Under the pieces are notes generated by a model. That model did no database searches, was not told the origin of the DNA, and saw nothing but the letters and a program-made list of their open reading frames with translations. Below are positions 55,576 through 64,000 of a stretch of DNA of 64,000 nucleotides, one piece after another. The translations under genes and the position numbers were made by a program. Positions within the stretch are counted from its first letter, which is position 1, and the number at the start of each line of letters is the position of its first letter. The DNA is from Candidatus Latescibacterota bacterium (lineage in GTDB: Bacteria > Latescibacterota > UBA2968 > GCA-2709665). Location: assembly GCA_965219995.1 (NCBI GenBank), contig CBDCOX010000002.1:1376001-1440000 (forward strand), written 5' to 3'.

Positions 55576-57495
55576 ATGGCACAGATTGTCAGCCGCCGAT
55601 CCATCCTCATCGGCCTTGCGCTTACCATCGTCATCTGCCTCTTCGCGACAGACACCACCTACCGCCTGCGCGCCTCCCGCGTCTCCCTGGGCCACCTGCC
55701 CATGTCCCTCTGGCTTCCGTTCCTGCTCCTCTTCCTAGGCAACCGGATCCTGCAAAACCTCCGTCCCCGCTGGTCCCTGAACGCCGGGGAGCTCGGTCTC
55801 GTCCTCTGCATGGGATTCATCGGGGGCGCGTTCCCCACGAAGAATATCGCGGGCCGCCTGGTCGCCGTGCTCGCAACGCCGTATTACAAGGCCACGCCCG
55901 AAAACCGTTGGGGAGAGTACGTCACGGAACACCTGCGGCCCTGGTCGATCCCGGGCAACCGCGACGGCGCTATTACCCACCTGTGGGAAGGACTGCCCAA
56001 AGGTCAGCCCGTTCCGTGGGAGGCCTGGGCGGCACCTCTCTTCTGGTGGTTCACGCTGCTCTTCGCGCTCTTCTTCGCCTGCCTCTGCATCGCCGTGATC
56101 CTCCGCAAACAGTGGGTGGAACACGAACGGATCGTCTTTCCCCTGGCGCGGCTGCCACTGATGATGATTTCCGATCCCGGGTCGGGCGCGATCCCGCTGT
56201 TCAACAACCGGCGGTTCTGGGCGGGATTCGGGATCGGCATATTCGTTCTGGCGTGGAACGTGCTCCCCAGATTCTCGCACCGCGTCCCGTACATCCCGCT
56301 CGGCCCCACGTTTTCGAGCGCCCTCTCCCTCGGGCACGACTTCCCGCCGCTGCAAATCAAATTCAACTTCGTCGTGGCCGCGTTCGGCTATCTCACGAAC
56401 CTGGAGGTGCTTCTATCCGTCTGGCTCTTCCATGTGCTTTCGCTCTTCGAGATCGGCCTGACCAACCGACTCGGCATCGCCGTGAGCAGCGAATACCACG
56501 GGGGCGTTCTTCTCCAGCAGGCGGGGGGGTTCACGGCCCTTGTATTTCTGGGCCTGTTCATCGCGCGAAAGCACATCGCGGGCGTGTTCCGCAGCGCCTG
56601 GCGGCGGCAGCCGGGAATGGACGACCGGGACGAACTGCTGTCCTATCGCGCCGCGGTCTTCGGCCTTCTCCTGTCCCTCGCCTACGCCGTCGCCTGGCTC
56701 CACGCGCTGGGTATTTCCATCCTGGCCGTAACCGTCCAACTGGGCCTGCTTCTCGTCTTTTTCCTCGGCCTGTCGAAAATCGTGGCCGAAACCGGCCTGG
56801 TCTACATCGAAACGCCGCAGCGCACCCAGGCGCTGACGGCAGCCATCCTGGGCACACAGGTACAAACCGCCGACCACGTAGGGTTGGCCCTCTCGGCCAA
56901 CGTCGTGGAGAGCCACAGGCAATACATCCTGCCTTCGCTGGTACACGTCGCCCGAATCCAGCACAGCTTCAGGTGGAACCGATCCCGCGTCACCGCGGCG
57001 CTCTGCGCGGCCTTCGTCGTCGGTTTCGCCGCTTCCGTCGCCTATACCCTCAATCTCTGTTACAGCGCAACCGGCGCCGCGAATATCCGCCACGTGTACG
57101 TATTCGGCGGCTACGGCCTTCGCATGTTCGATCGCGTGGTCACGTGGGCCGGGGCTCCGCCCACCTTCACGGGTACGGAACTCGCATTCCTGGCGGCCGG
57201 TGTTCTGGGCACCCTGCTCCTGGGGTTGCTCCGGCTGCGCTTTCCCTGGTGGCCGCTCCACCCCGTCGGCTTCACCGTCGGATATGCATTTCCCGTAAGG
57301 GTAACGGCATTCACGGTCTTTCTCGTGTGGGCCTTCAAGTCCCTTGTGCTCCGGTTCGGCGGCATCGGGCTCTACCGGAGTTTCCAGCCGTTCTTCGTGG
57401 GTCTGCTGATGGGCTACACCCTCGGCGTGGGCATCTCCACACTCACCGATGCCATCTGGTTTCCCGGTGACGGGAAAATGGTACACACATGGTGA
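55576..57495 (+). CDS. DUF6785/DUF6784 membrane protein (putative peptide transporter)
   Basis: VPWEAW, RKQWVEHERIVFPL, AETG, WWPLHPVG, RFGG; upstream TTGACA-17-CATATT. Confidence 0.75.
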   Translation: MAQIVSRRSILIGLALTIVICLFATDTTYRLRASRVSLGHLPMSLWLPFLLLFLGNRILQNLRPRWSLNAGELGLVLCMGFIGGAFPTKNIAGRLVAVLATPYYKATPENRWGEYVTEHLRPWSIPGNRDGAITHLWEGLPKGQPVPWEAWAAPLFWWFTLLFALFFACLCIAVILRKQWVEHERIVFPLARLPLMMISDPGSGAIPLFNNRRFWAGFGIGIFVLAWNVLPRFSHRVPYIPLGPTFSSALSLGHDFPPLQIKFNFVVAAFGYLTNLEVLLSVWLFHVLSLFEIGLTNRLGIAVSSEYHGGVLLQQAGGFTALVFLGLFIARKHIAGVFRSAWRRQPGMDDRDELLSYRAAVFGLLLSLAYAVAWLHALGISILAVTVQLGLLLVFFLGLSKIVAETGLVYIETPQRTQALTAAILGTQVQTADHVGLALSANVVESHRQYILPSLVHVARIQHSFRWNRSRVTAALCAAFVVGFAASVAYTLNLCYSATGAANIRHVYVFGGYGLRMFDRVVTWAGAPPTFTGTELAFLAAGVLGTLLLGLLRLRFPWWPLHPVGFTVGYAFPVRVTAFTVFLVWAFKSLVLRFGGIGLYRSFQPFFVGLLMGYTLGVGISTLTDAIWFPGDGKMVHTW

Positions 57496-57511
57496 AATGC
57501 GCCGGACTTCC

Positions 57512-58534
57512 TCACGGCTTGCGCGGCTGGGACCGCACCCCCTCATCTCCGAACATGAACGAGAGCAGGGCGAAGCGCTTGCCGGTCGTCACCTCCGTGA
57601 CCTCGTGCAGGTGCGAACAGGAAAACACCACCGCTCCGCCGGCGCCGGGTTTGTAGAGGTGGGGGCCGAATTCCGGAAACCGCAGGTGCCCGCCCGAGTA
57701 CCGTTCGTTCAGGTTCAGCGTGAGCGCGAACCGCCGGTGCGCGGTCGAAGGGCTCAGGTTGTCCCGGTGCGGGTGAAAAAACCCTCCTGCCGCGGCGTCG
57801 TAGCATGCGATCTTGAACCCCTCAAACCGCGTGGCGCGGTACGCGAAGGACCGCTGCAACTCCGGAATCACCCTGCGGCCGATGGCGGACGAAAGCAACC
57901 TGACCAGCTTGTCGTCCTCTACGGTATGGTCCCTGCGGCTTTTCTGTCCGGCGTCGATACGTGCTCCCCGCCCCGTACCCTGCGACTGCTCCACGCCGGT
58001 CTCCACATGGCCTCTGTTTTCCCACACTCCCATCAGAAAATTGCAGATTTCGGGATCCAGGACATTGGGAACCAGCAGTACGGGGGCCTGCGCGTCGACC
58101 ACCCTGGGTTCGGTCTCTGGCCGCCTTGAATCCAGCACGTTTCTCACCTTGCGCGCCGCGTTGCGCGGGTCATCCAGCACGACCGACGCAAGCACGCGCA
58201 GATTCGGATCCAGCACGAATACGATGGATGCGGCTGAATCGCCGATCCGGTACGCGGAACGGACCACGCCTTTCGCATCCACGAAAACCGGATGCGGAAA
58301 CTGCGAATTTCGCGCCGGTTTGCAGGCCGAAACCGAAAGGATGTCCACGTCCCGTCCGTCCAGCGCGGCCGGGAAGCCCGCGAGGCGCTCATCCTCGCCA
58401 GGGGAAAAGATCAGAACCGCGGGGGCGCCGCCCGCCTTCGAATAGAACCGTGTCGGGGTCCCGTCGGGCGCAAGCGGAAGCACGAAGTCCGTGGCCCGCT
58501 CGCCTCGTTCCAGTCCCTGTGTCGGTGTCTTCAT
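57512..58534 (-). CDS. Redoxin-like domain fused to a 2OG-Fe(II) oxygenase
   Basis: GERATDF..FVLDPNLRV; APVLLVP, HRDN, GGHLRFPEF, FSCSHLHEV..R. Confidence 0.82.
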   Translation of the reverse strand: MKTPTQGLERGERATDFVLPLAPDGTPTRFYSKAGGAPAVLIFSPGEDERLAGFPAALDGRDVDILSVSACKPARNSQFPHPVFVDAKGVVRSAYRIGDSAASIVFVLDPNLRVLASVVLDDPRNAARKVRNVLDSRRPETEPRVVDAQAPVLLVPNVLDPEICNFLMGVWENRGHVETGVEQSQGTGRGARIDAGQKSRRDHTVEDDKLVRLLSSAIGRRVIPELQRSFAYRATRFEGFKIACYDAAAGGFFHPHRDNLSPSTAHRRFALTLNLNERYSGGHLRFPEFGPHLYKPGAGGAVVFSCSHLHEVTEVTTGKRFALLSFMFGDEGVRSQPRKP

Positions 58535-58856
58535 GTCTCGGCTTTTCGTTGCCAATGGGGCAGGCAATTGATGAAACCGGTGTGTCCGGCGCAGCGTCCT
58601 ATCCGAACCCGGGATCAATCGCCGGGAGTTTCAAAAGAGCCGGATTCCCCGCTTTTCGAATTCTCCGGGGGTCAAAAGATACCCGCAGAGGCGGGTACGT
58701 CAAAGCACAAATGACCCCAGCGAGTGCGGACGGCGCCGCTGGCTGCGGCCTCCCATTAAATCCCTTGCAACAATCCGCATAACGCGCATATAATACGGCA
58801 GTTATTACGGGCACAAAAGGCTTGATCCGATCCGTCTTTCGGGGCTGCGCGCTGTC

Positions 58857-59960
58857 GTGAACGGACCATCGATGATTCCCGGACCACGCATCCTTTTTAT
58901 CGCCCGGCGGTATCCGCCGTCGGTTGGCGGCATCCAGACCTACGCGAAGGAGCTCTATTCCAGACTTCGCCGGCGGTGCCCGGTGACGCTCATTGCTCTC
59001 GGCAGGGAGCCGCTCGTTCACCTGGCCTGGTTCATGCCCTACGCGTTTTGCGCTGCCGTGTTTCACATACTCCGTCGCCGTCCCGACGTGATATTCTTTA
59101 TGGACGGGGTTACGGCCGCCCTGGCGCCGTTTCTGCGCCCCTTTACGCCGGCGCGGTTTGCGGTGACGCTTCACGGCACGGAATTGACGTTCCGCCGCGC
59201 GCTTTTCAGCCACCTGATGCGGGCGGGCGCGCTGGCCTGCGACCGGACCGTTACGGTCAGCCGCGCCACGGGTGCGCTCGCCGCCGGGATCGGCCTGCCG
59301 GCGGCCAGAACGCGCGTTATCTATCAGGGTATTCACGTCGCCATCCCGCCCGATACCGAACATCGACGGCTCAAAGACCGCTTTGAAGGGGCGCACGGAC
59401 TGAGCCTGGAAGAACACCCGGTTCTCCTGAACTACGGGCGCCAGGTCCGGCGGAAGGGCGTGGTCGACTTCATCGAAAACGGCGTCCCGCTGATGAGGGA
59501 GGAGATCCGCATGATCATCAGCGGCAGCGGCCCAATGCAGGATGGGATCCGGGCCGCCGTGGAGTCCAGGGCTCTGGAAGGCCGCATCTTCACGCCGGGC
59601 CGGTTGGACGATGCGACCCTGGCGATGCTTCGCCGGGAGGCGCAACTCTTCCTGATGCCGAACATCCATCTCAGGCACGACGCGGAAGGGTTCGGAATCG
59701 CCCCCCTCGAGTGTCTGTACGCCGGCCTGCCGGTCGTCTATTTCAACGTGGACGCCCTGGGCGAGAGCCTGCGCGACGGCGGCTACGGTGTCCCGCCGGG
59801 CGACTATACCGGCTTTGTCGAACGGATCCACCGGTACCTGGACCTCTCCCCCAAAGATAGGGAACAGGAGCGCGCGCGCGTCCGGGCCTTTGTTCGGCGT
59901 GAGTATTCCTGGGAGAAAACCACCTCGGAATACATGGACGTATTTACGGGACAAGCCTGA
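58857..59960 (+). CDS. Glycosyltransferase family 4
   Basis: YPPSVGGIQTY, HGTE, GRQVRRKG, EGFGIAPLE, YSWE; upstream TTGCAA-18-TATAAT. Confidence 0.9.
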   Translation: MNGPSMIPGPRILFIARRYPPSVGGIQTYAKELYSRLRRRCPVTLIALGREPLVHLAWFMPYAFCAAVFHILRRRPDVIFFMDGVTAALAPFLRPFTPARFAVTLHGTELTFRRALFSHLMRAGALACDRTVTVSRATGALAAGIGLPAARTRVIYQGIHVAIPPDTEHRRLKDRFEGAHGLSLEEHPVLLNYGRQVRRKGVVDFIENGVPLMREEIRMIISGSGPMQDGIRAAVESRALEGRIFTPGRLDDATLAMLRREAQLFLMPNIHLRHDAEGFGIAPLECLYAGLPVVYFNVDALGESLRDGGYGVPPGDYTGFVERIHRYLDLSPKDREQERARVRAFVRREYSWEKTTSEYMDVFTGQA

Positions 59961-59983
59961 CCTCCTCTAAAAAACCCAAACTC

Positions 59984-60641
59984 ACATGGATGGACAGGAT
60001 GTACAGGATAAGAACCAAAAAGCGGGATAAAGGCACGGGAAAACCAACATCATAAACTACGAAACACGCGAAAAAACGAAAAATCCGTGACTGACCCCAT
60101 TAACCTCAATTCGAAAAAGATAACCGTCAAATTGGCCACAAAAAGCACAAAAGACACAAAGCGTTTCAGTGCGAAACGCGGCGAAGAGATTGTCCAAAGG
60201 GATGTTTTCTCCGTTCACGTCCAGTGACCTGATGTGTCTTGGAAATCCCACGTCAAATCGCCTTTGTTCTTCTATGGAATATTTGATTTATGGTCTTCAA
60301 AAAACGAAGAATCAAGGTTAACCCCATTAAATCATCAAACGGAACTTACATGGATCGACAGGAGGAAATCAAAAGGCGCAAGAAATGCACGAGAAAACAA
60401 GGAACGACAGTGAATCGATTCACCATAGACCGTACGTCATCACATTGACCACCGCGATCCCCGAACGCTAACGGTCTTTCTTACGTCTTACACTGAATAT
60501 TCTGAAAAACGACAGGTAAGTTAAGAAAACGGGGATTTTTCGTGAAATATTCACGCCCAAAAAGGCCTGAACGGGTAAATTTGTGGCGATACGATTGAGG
60601 GCTAATTGAGACCAATGGCCACAAAAGGCACAAAAACACAA
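59984..60641. repeat. Cluster of short ~9-bp-period asymmetric repeats in an AT-rich spacer
   Basis: ACATGGATGGACAGGATGTACAGGAT (59984; related 60348), AACTACGAAACACGCGAAAAAACGAAAA (60055), TGGCCACAAAAAGCACAAAAGACACAAA (60133; related 60616). Confidence 0.6.
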
Positions 60642-60771
60642 GAGGAAACGACCCCGAAAAACGTCTCGTGGCCGGAAAAAACACGGAGCAGAAGGGGACT
60701 GCTGTGGGTAGTGGTTTGCATGCCGTGTACTGCGCCCATTGTGCGCTGAACCGCAAACGCAAGGGGGAAAG

Positions 60772-61155
60772 ATGAGCATGGACAAACTGAAATGGGCGGC
60801 GTTCGGGCTGGCGCTGGGCATCATCGGCGGCGGCATCGGTAACGCGGCGGCGGACAAGTGGTTGCCGGGCGTTACCCGGTTTGACACGATCGAAGCGCGG
60901 CGCCTGAAGATTATCAACGATAAGGGGAAGCAGGTTGCCGAGTTGACCACAGGAATAGACGGCGTGGGTTTGATGACGATCTACAACAACCGCCTGAAAC
61001 CAGTTGCCCACTTGACGGCAAATCTGGGGGGTGGGGGAGTTTTGGGTATCTATGACGACCGTGGGGAGCAGGTTGTCGGGTTGGCGGCACTAACGAATGG
61101 CGGCGGGTTAACTATCTTTAACAATCGGGGCATACCCGTCTACGTACGTCCTTGA
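60772..61155 (+). CDS. Hypothetical exported protein with ~23-aa beta repeats
   Basis: GGGGGA RBS, hydrophobic N-terminus, four LxIxNxxGxxVxxL-like units. Confidence 0.7.
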   Translation: MSMDKLKWAAFGLALGIIGGGIGNAAADKWLPGVTRFDTIEARRLKIINDKGKQVAELTTGIDGVGLMTIYNNRLKPVAHLTANLGGGGVLGIYDDRGEQVVGLAALTNGGGLTIFNNRGIPVYVRP

Positions 61156-61298
61156 GTGTGAGCGGCTTACGCGGGGGGTCGGCTTCCGGTCTGCCCTTTG
61201 GCAAACGGGCACCGTATATGAAGGAAACGTGTGTGGTCGATTGACAGATATTGCATTGGTCGCGAGAGACTCGCGTGGCAGGATCGATTGATGAGCGC

Positions 61299-61322
61299 GG
61301 CAGACAGGAATGTCTGCCCCAC
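61299..61322. repeat. GTGG-type REP-like palindrome
   Basis: GGCAGACA-GGAA-TGTCTGCC followed by CCAC (GTGG on the minus strand). Confidence 0.6.
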
Positions 61323-61588
61323 CCTCAAGTCGGCTTCCTCAACGTTTCGGCAAGCCATCGTTGTCAGTTGTCGGCCTGTCAGACAGTCGATGGGCAGTAT
61401 GTTTCGTTTTATTCAATATATCTTCAATTAAATTGAATTATGTTTAATGTTGAAAAACATAAGTCAACGCCACATCGTTACGGCACAAACCCCAGTGCAA
61501 TGATCCGGGACTCGACCGTTCCAAAACAGAGGTACGGATTCATCACTTTAGCCCGCAATAGTGAGCATATATTCTGCTCTTGATTTTA

Positions 61589-61614
61589 ATCCTGAATATC
61601 CTGTTTATCCATGT
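61589..61614 (-). repeat. Inverted copy of the ACATGGAT..CAGGAT repeat
   Basis: Reverse complement ACATGGATAAACAGGATATTCAGGAT matches 59984-60009. Confidence 0.65.
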
Positions 61615-61626
61615 AAGTTTGAGTCT

Positions 61627-62340
61627 ATGAACAAAAGTCTGCTGACAAATCTCATATCGCTCGGGCTCATCGGCGCAGGTACGATCAGCCCGTTATATCG
61701 GGAACAGATCCTGACCGTCGGCCTGTTCGCGACCTCAGGTGCGTTCACGAACTGGCTGGCCGTACACATGCTCTTCGAAAAAGTTCCCGGGCTGTACGGA
61801 TCCGGTGTGGTGCCCGCGCGCTTCGAAGAATTCAAAGCCGGGATTCGAAAGCTCATCATGGAGCAGTTCTTCACGCGCGAGAAGGTGGAAGAGTTCCTCG
61901 CCATGGAATCCCCGCACGACACCGAGCCCTTCGACCCGGACCCGGTTGTCGACGCCGTTGATTACGATCGCATCTATGCCGGTTTCGTCGACGTCGTACT
62001 CGCTTCGCCATTTGGCGGCATGCTCGGCATCGTGGGCGGCGCCAGAGCGCTCGAACCGCTAAGGGACCCGTTCAAGACCAAGATGAAGGAGGAACTTCGC
62101 GACATGCTGCTTTCCCGCACTTTCAAAGACGCCATCATAGACGGACTGCAAAGCGCTCACGCCGGCGAAGCACTGGTGGCCAGGGCGGACACGATCGTGA
62201 CCCGCCGGCTGGAGGAACTCACACCCGAAATGGTCAAGCGGATCGTTCAGGATATGATCCGCGAACACCTTGGCTGGCTTGTGGTCTGGGGCGGCGTTTT
62301 TGGCGGTTTCCTCGGACTCGTCGCCAGTTTCGTCCGGTAA
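61627..62340 (+). CDS. DUF445 family membrane protein
   Basis: MNKSLLTNL, TNWLAVHMLFEKVPGLYGSGV, HLGWLVVWGGVFGG. Confidence 0.88.
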   Translation: MNKSLLTNLISLGLIGAGTISPLYREQILTVGLFATSGAFTNWLAVHMLFEKVPGLYGSGVVPARFEEFKAGIRKLIMEQFFTREKVEEFLAMESPHDTEPFDPDPVVDAVDYDRIYAGFVDVVLASPFGGMLGIVGGARALEPLRDPFKTKMKEELRDMLLSRTFKDAIIDGLQSAHAGEALVARADTIVTRRLEELTPEMVKRIVQDMIREHLGWLVVWGGVFGGFLGLVASFVR

Positions 62341-62346
62341 CATCCC

Positions 62347-64000
62347 ATGTTCGTGTACGACGGAAACTGCGGCTTCTGCGTACAATGGGTGGAACGCATT
62401 CGCGCCGCCGCCGGCGACCGGGTGGCGTTCGCGCCGTCGCAGGAGGTCGGCGGCCGGTTTCCGCAGATCGCTCCGGAGCAGTTCGAAAACGCCGTCCAGT
62501 GGATCGGTCCTGACGGCGACGTCTGCAGCGGCGCCGAAGCGGCATTGCGGGTACTCGCGGTCACCGGTCCCGCGGGGAAGCTGCTGTGGTGGGCTTACCG
62601 GCGGCTGCCCGGGTTTGCCGCGTGCGCGGAAGCGTGTTACCGTCTGGTCGCCCGCAACCGGAAAACCGTGTCAACGGCGACCCGATGGCTCTGGGGGCAG
62701 GACCTCCGCCGGCCCGGGTACCGCACGTCCGCCGATCTGTTCCTGCGCGCCCTGGCTGTCATCTACCTGATTGCTTTCCTGTCGTTCTGGGTGCAGGCGC
62801 ACGGCCTCATCGGCGCCCGGGGCATCCTGCCGATCGACGAATCCGTTCGATTGGCCGCGGAAAGAGGCCACCCGCTCCGGTTCCCCACCCTGTTCTGGTT
62901 CGATCAGAGCGACGCCTTCATACACGGCCTCTGCGGCGCGGGTACGCTGCTTGCAATCGTCGCCGCGCTCGTTCCCGCTTCCGCCCTGCTATTCCTGATG
63001 CTGTGGATCGGATACCTTTCCATCGTCACGGGCGGCGGCCCCTTTCTGTCCTTTCAGTGGGACGTCCTTCTCCTGGAGGCCGGTCTGCTGGCCGTGTTTC
63101 TCGCGCCCTGGAAACTTTCGCCGAGACACCGCGCCCAAGAGCCCCCACGACTCGTCGCCTGGCTCTTTCGCTGGCTGCTGTTCCGCTTCATATTCGCCTC
63201 CGGTGTTGTAAAGCTCACCAGCGGCGACGCGACCTGGCGCGACCTCAGCGCACTCACGTACCACTACCAGACACAGCCCCTTCCCAATCCGCTGGCGTGG
63301 TACGCGCACCATCTGCCGGAAAGCATCCACGTCGTTTCCGTGGCCGCGATGTTCACCATCGAGCTGGCGGTGCCCTTCTTCATCTTCGCGCCGCGACGCC
63401 TTCGGATTGCGGCCTGCGCATTGCTTGCCGGCCTCCAACTCGTCATCGCGCTCACCGGAAACTACACCTTTTTCAACCTGCTCGCGGCGGCCCTCTGTCT
63501 CTGGCTGATCGACGACGCGTCGTGGCCGAAACGCCTGAGAGCACCGCATCCCGGCGCCGATCCCGGACCCCCGAAGCTGCAAAGACTGGCGGCAGTGCCG
63601 CTTGCCGTTCTGATCGTGACCCTGAGCCTCGTGTACCTCTACAGCTTCAGCCTGCGAATGAGACCCCGCTGGCCTGAACCCCTGATCGCGCTCAACCGGG
63701 CCGTGGCCCCGTTCAACATGGTGAACAACTACGGCCTCTTCCAGGTGATGACCACGCGAAGGCCGGAAATCATCCTGGAAGGCAGTAGGGACGGCAAGAC
63801 CTGGCTGCGCTACGAATTTCGGTACAAACCCGGCGCGCCGGACCGACGACCCCCGGTTGCGGCGCCGCACCAGCCCCGTCTGGACTGGCAGATGTGGTTC
63901 GCCGCGCTCGGCCATTACCGGCAGAGCCCGTGGTTCGTCCACTTCTGTCTGCGCCTGCTCGAAGGATCGCCGGCAGTGGCCGACCTGCTTGCCCGGAATC
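62347..64000 (+). CDS. DCC1-like thiol-disulfide oxidoreductase fused to lipase maturation factor (runs off the window end)
   Basis: Hand translation MFVYDGNCGFC.. then GLIGARGILP, FQWDVLLLEAG, YHYQTQPLP, TGNYTFFN, NNYGLF, YKPG, PHQPRLDWQMWFAA; absent from the ORF track. Confidence 0.88.
   Translation, partial: MFVYDGNCGFCVQWVERIRAAAGDRVAFAPSQEVGGRFPQIAPEQFENAVQWIGPDGDVCSGAEAALRVLAVTGPAGKLLWWAYRRLPGFAACAEACYRLVARNRKTVSTATRWLWGQDLRRPGYRTSADLFLRALAVIYLIAFLSFWVQAHGLIGARGILPIDESVRLAAERGHPLRFPTLFWFDQSDAFIHGLCGAGTLLAIVAALVPASALLFLMLWIGYLSIVTGGGPFLSFQWDVLLLEAGLLAVFLAPWKLSPRHRAQEPPRLVAWLFRWLLFRFIFASGVVKLTSGDATWRDLSALTYHYQTQPLPNPLAWYAHHLPESIHVVSVAAMFTIELAVPFFIFAPRRLRIAACALLAGLQLVIALTGNYTFFNLLAAALCLWLIDDASWPKRLRAPHPGADPGPPKLQRLAAVPLAVLIVTLSLVYLYSFSLRMRPRWPEPLIALNRAVAPFNMVNNYGLFQVMTTRRPEIILEGSRDGKTWLRYEFRYKPGAPDRRPPVAAPHQPRLDWQMWFAALGHYRQSPWFVHFCLRLLEGSPAVADLLARN

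Noticed and set aside
59960-60740. Possible CRISPR array in the repeat-rich AT-rich spacer
   Set aside because: Repeats are of several types, degenerate and irregularly spaced; no cas genes
62338-62346. Stop-codon read-through fusing DUF445 to DCC1-LMF
   Set aside because: TAA stop, both proteins look complete separately, and same-frame adjacency is common

Overview
High-GC bacterial chromosomal window. The gene set (DUF6785 membrane protein, DUF4837 lipoprotein, HhH/beta-barrel protein, LpoA-like protein) suggests an FCB-related lineage such as Latescibacterota; this is inference. From about 2.4 to 15.3 kb is a defence island built on a type I restriction-modification operon (hsdM-hsdS-hsdR, minus strand). 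The hsdM frame runs without a stop into a complete PIN-ribonuclease domain followed by a coupled putative antitoxin. A decayed second copy of the hsdM 3' end, and probably of the hsdS 3' tail, lies downstream, each coupled by an ATGA overlap to a cargo gene. At least seven intact or broken toxin-antitoxin pieces sit between the hsd genes. The rest is mostly housekeeping and catabolic: rhaA, DAO oxidoreductase, DHDPS-like, TPP enzyme, aroQ, manC, accD, LysR, a CusCBA-type efflux operon with an HMA protein and ferritin, tRNA-Leu(TAA), tRNA-Cys(GCA), pdxA, GT4 and a DCC1-LMF fusion. A small MITE family and several REP-like repeats are also present. I saw no CRISPR array, integrase or intact transposase. 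All calls come from reading motifs by eye; no searches were run.
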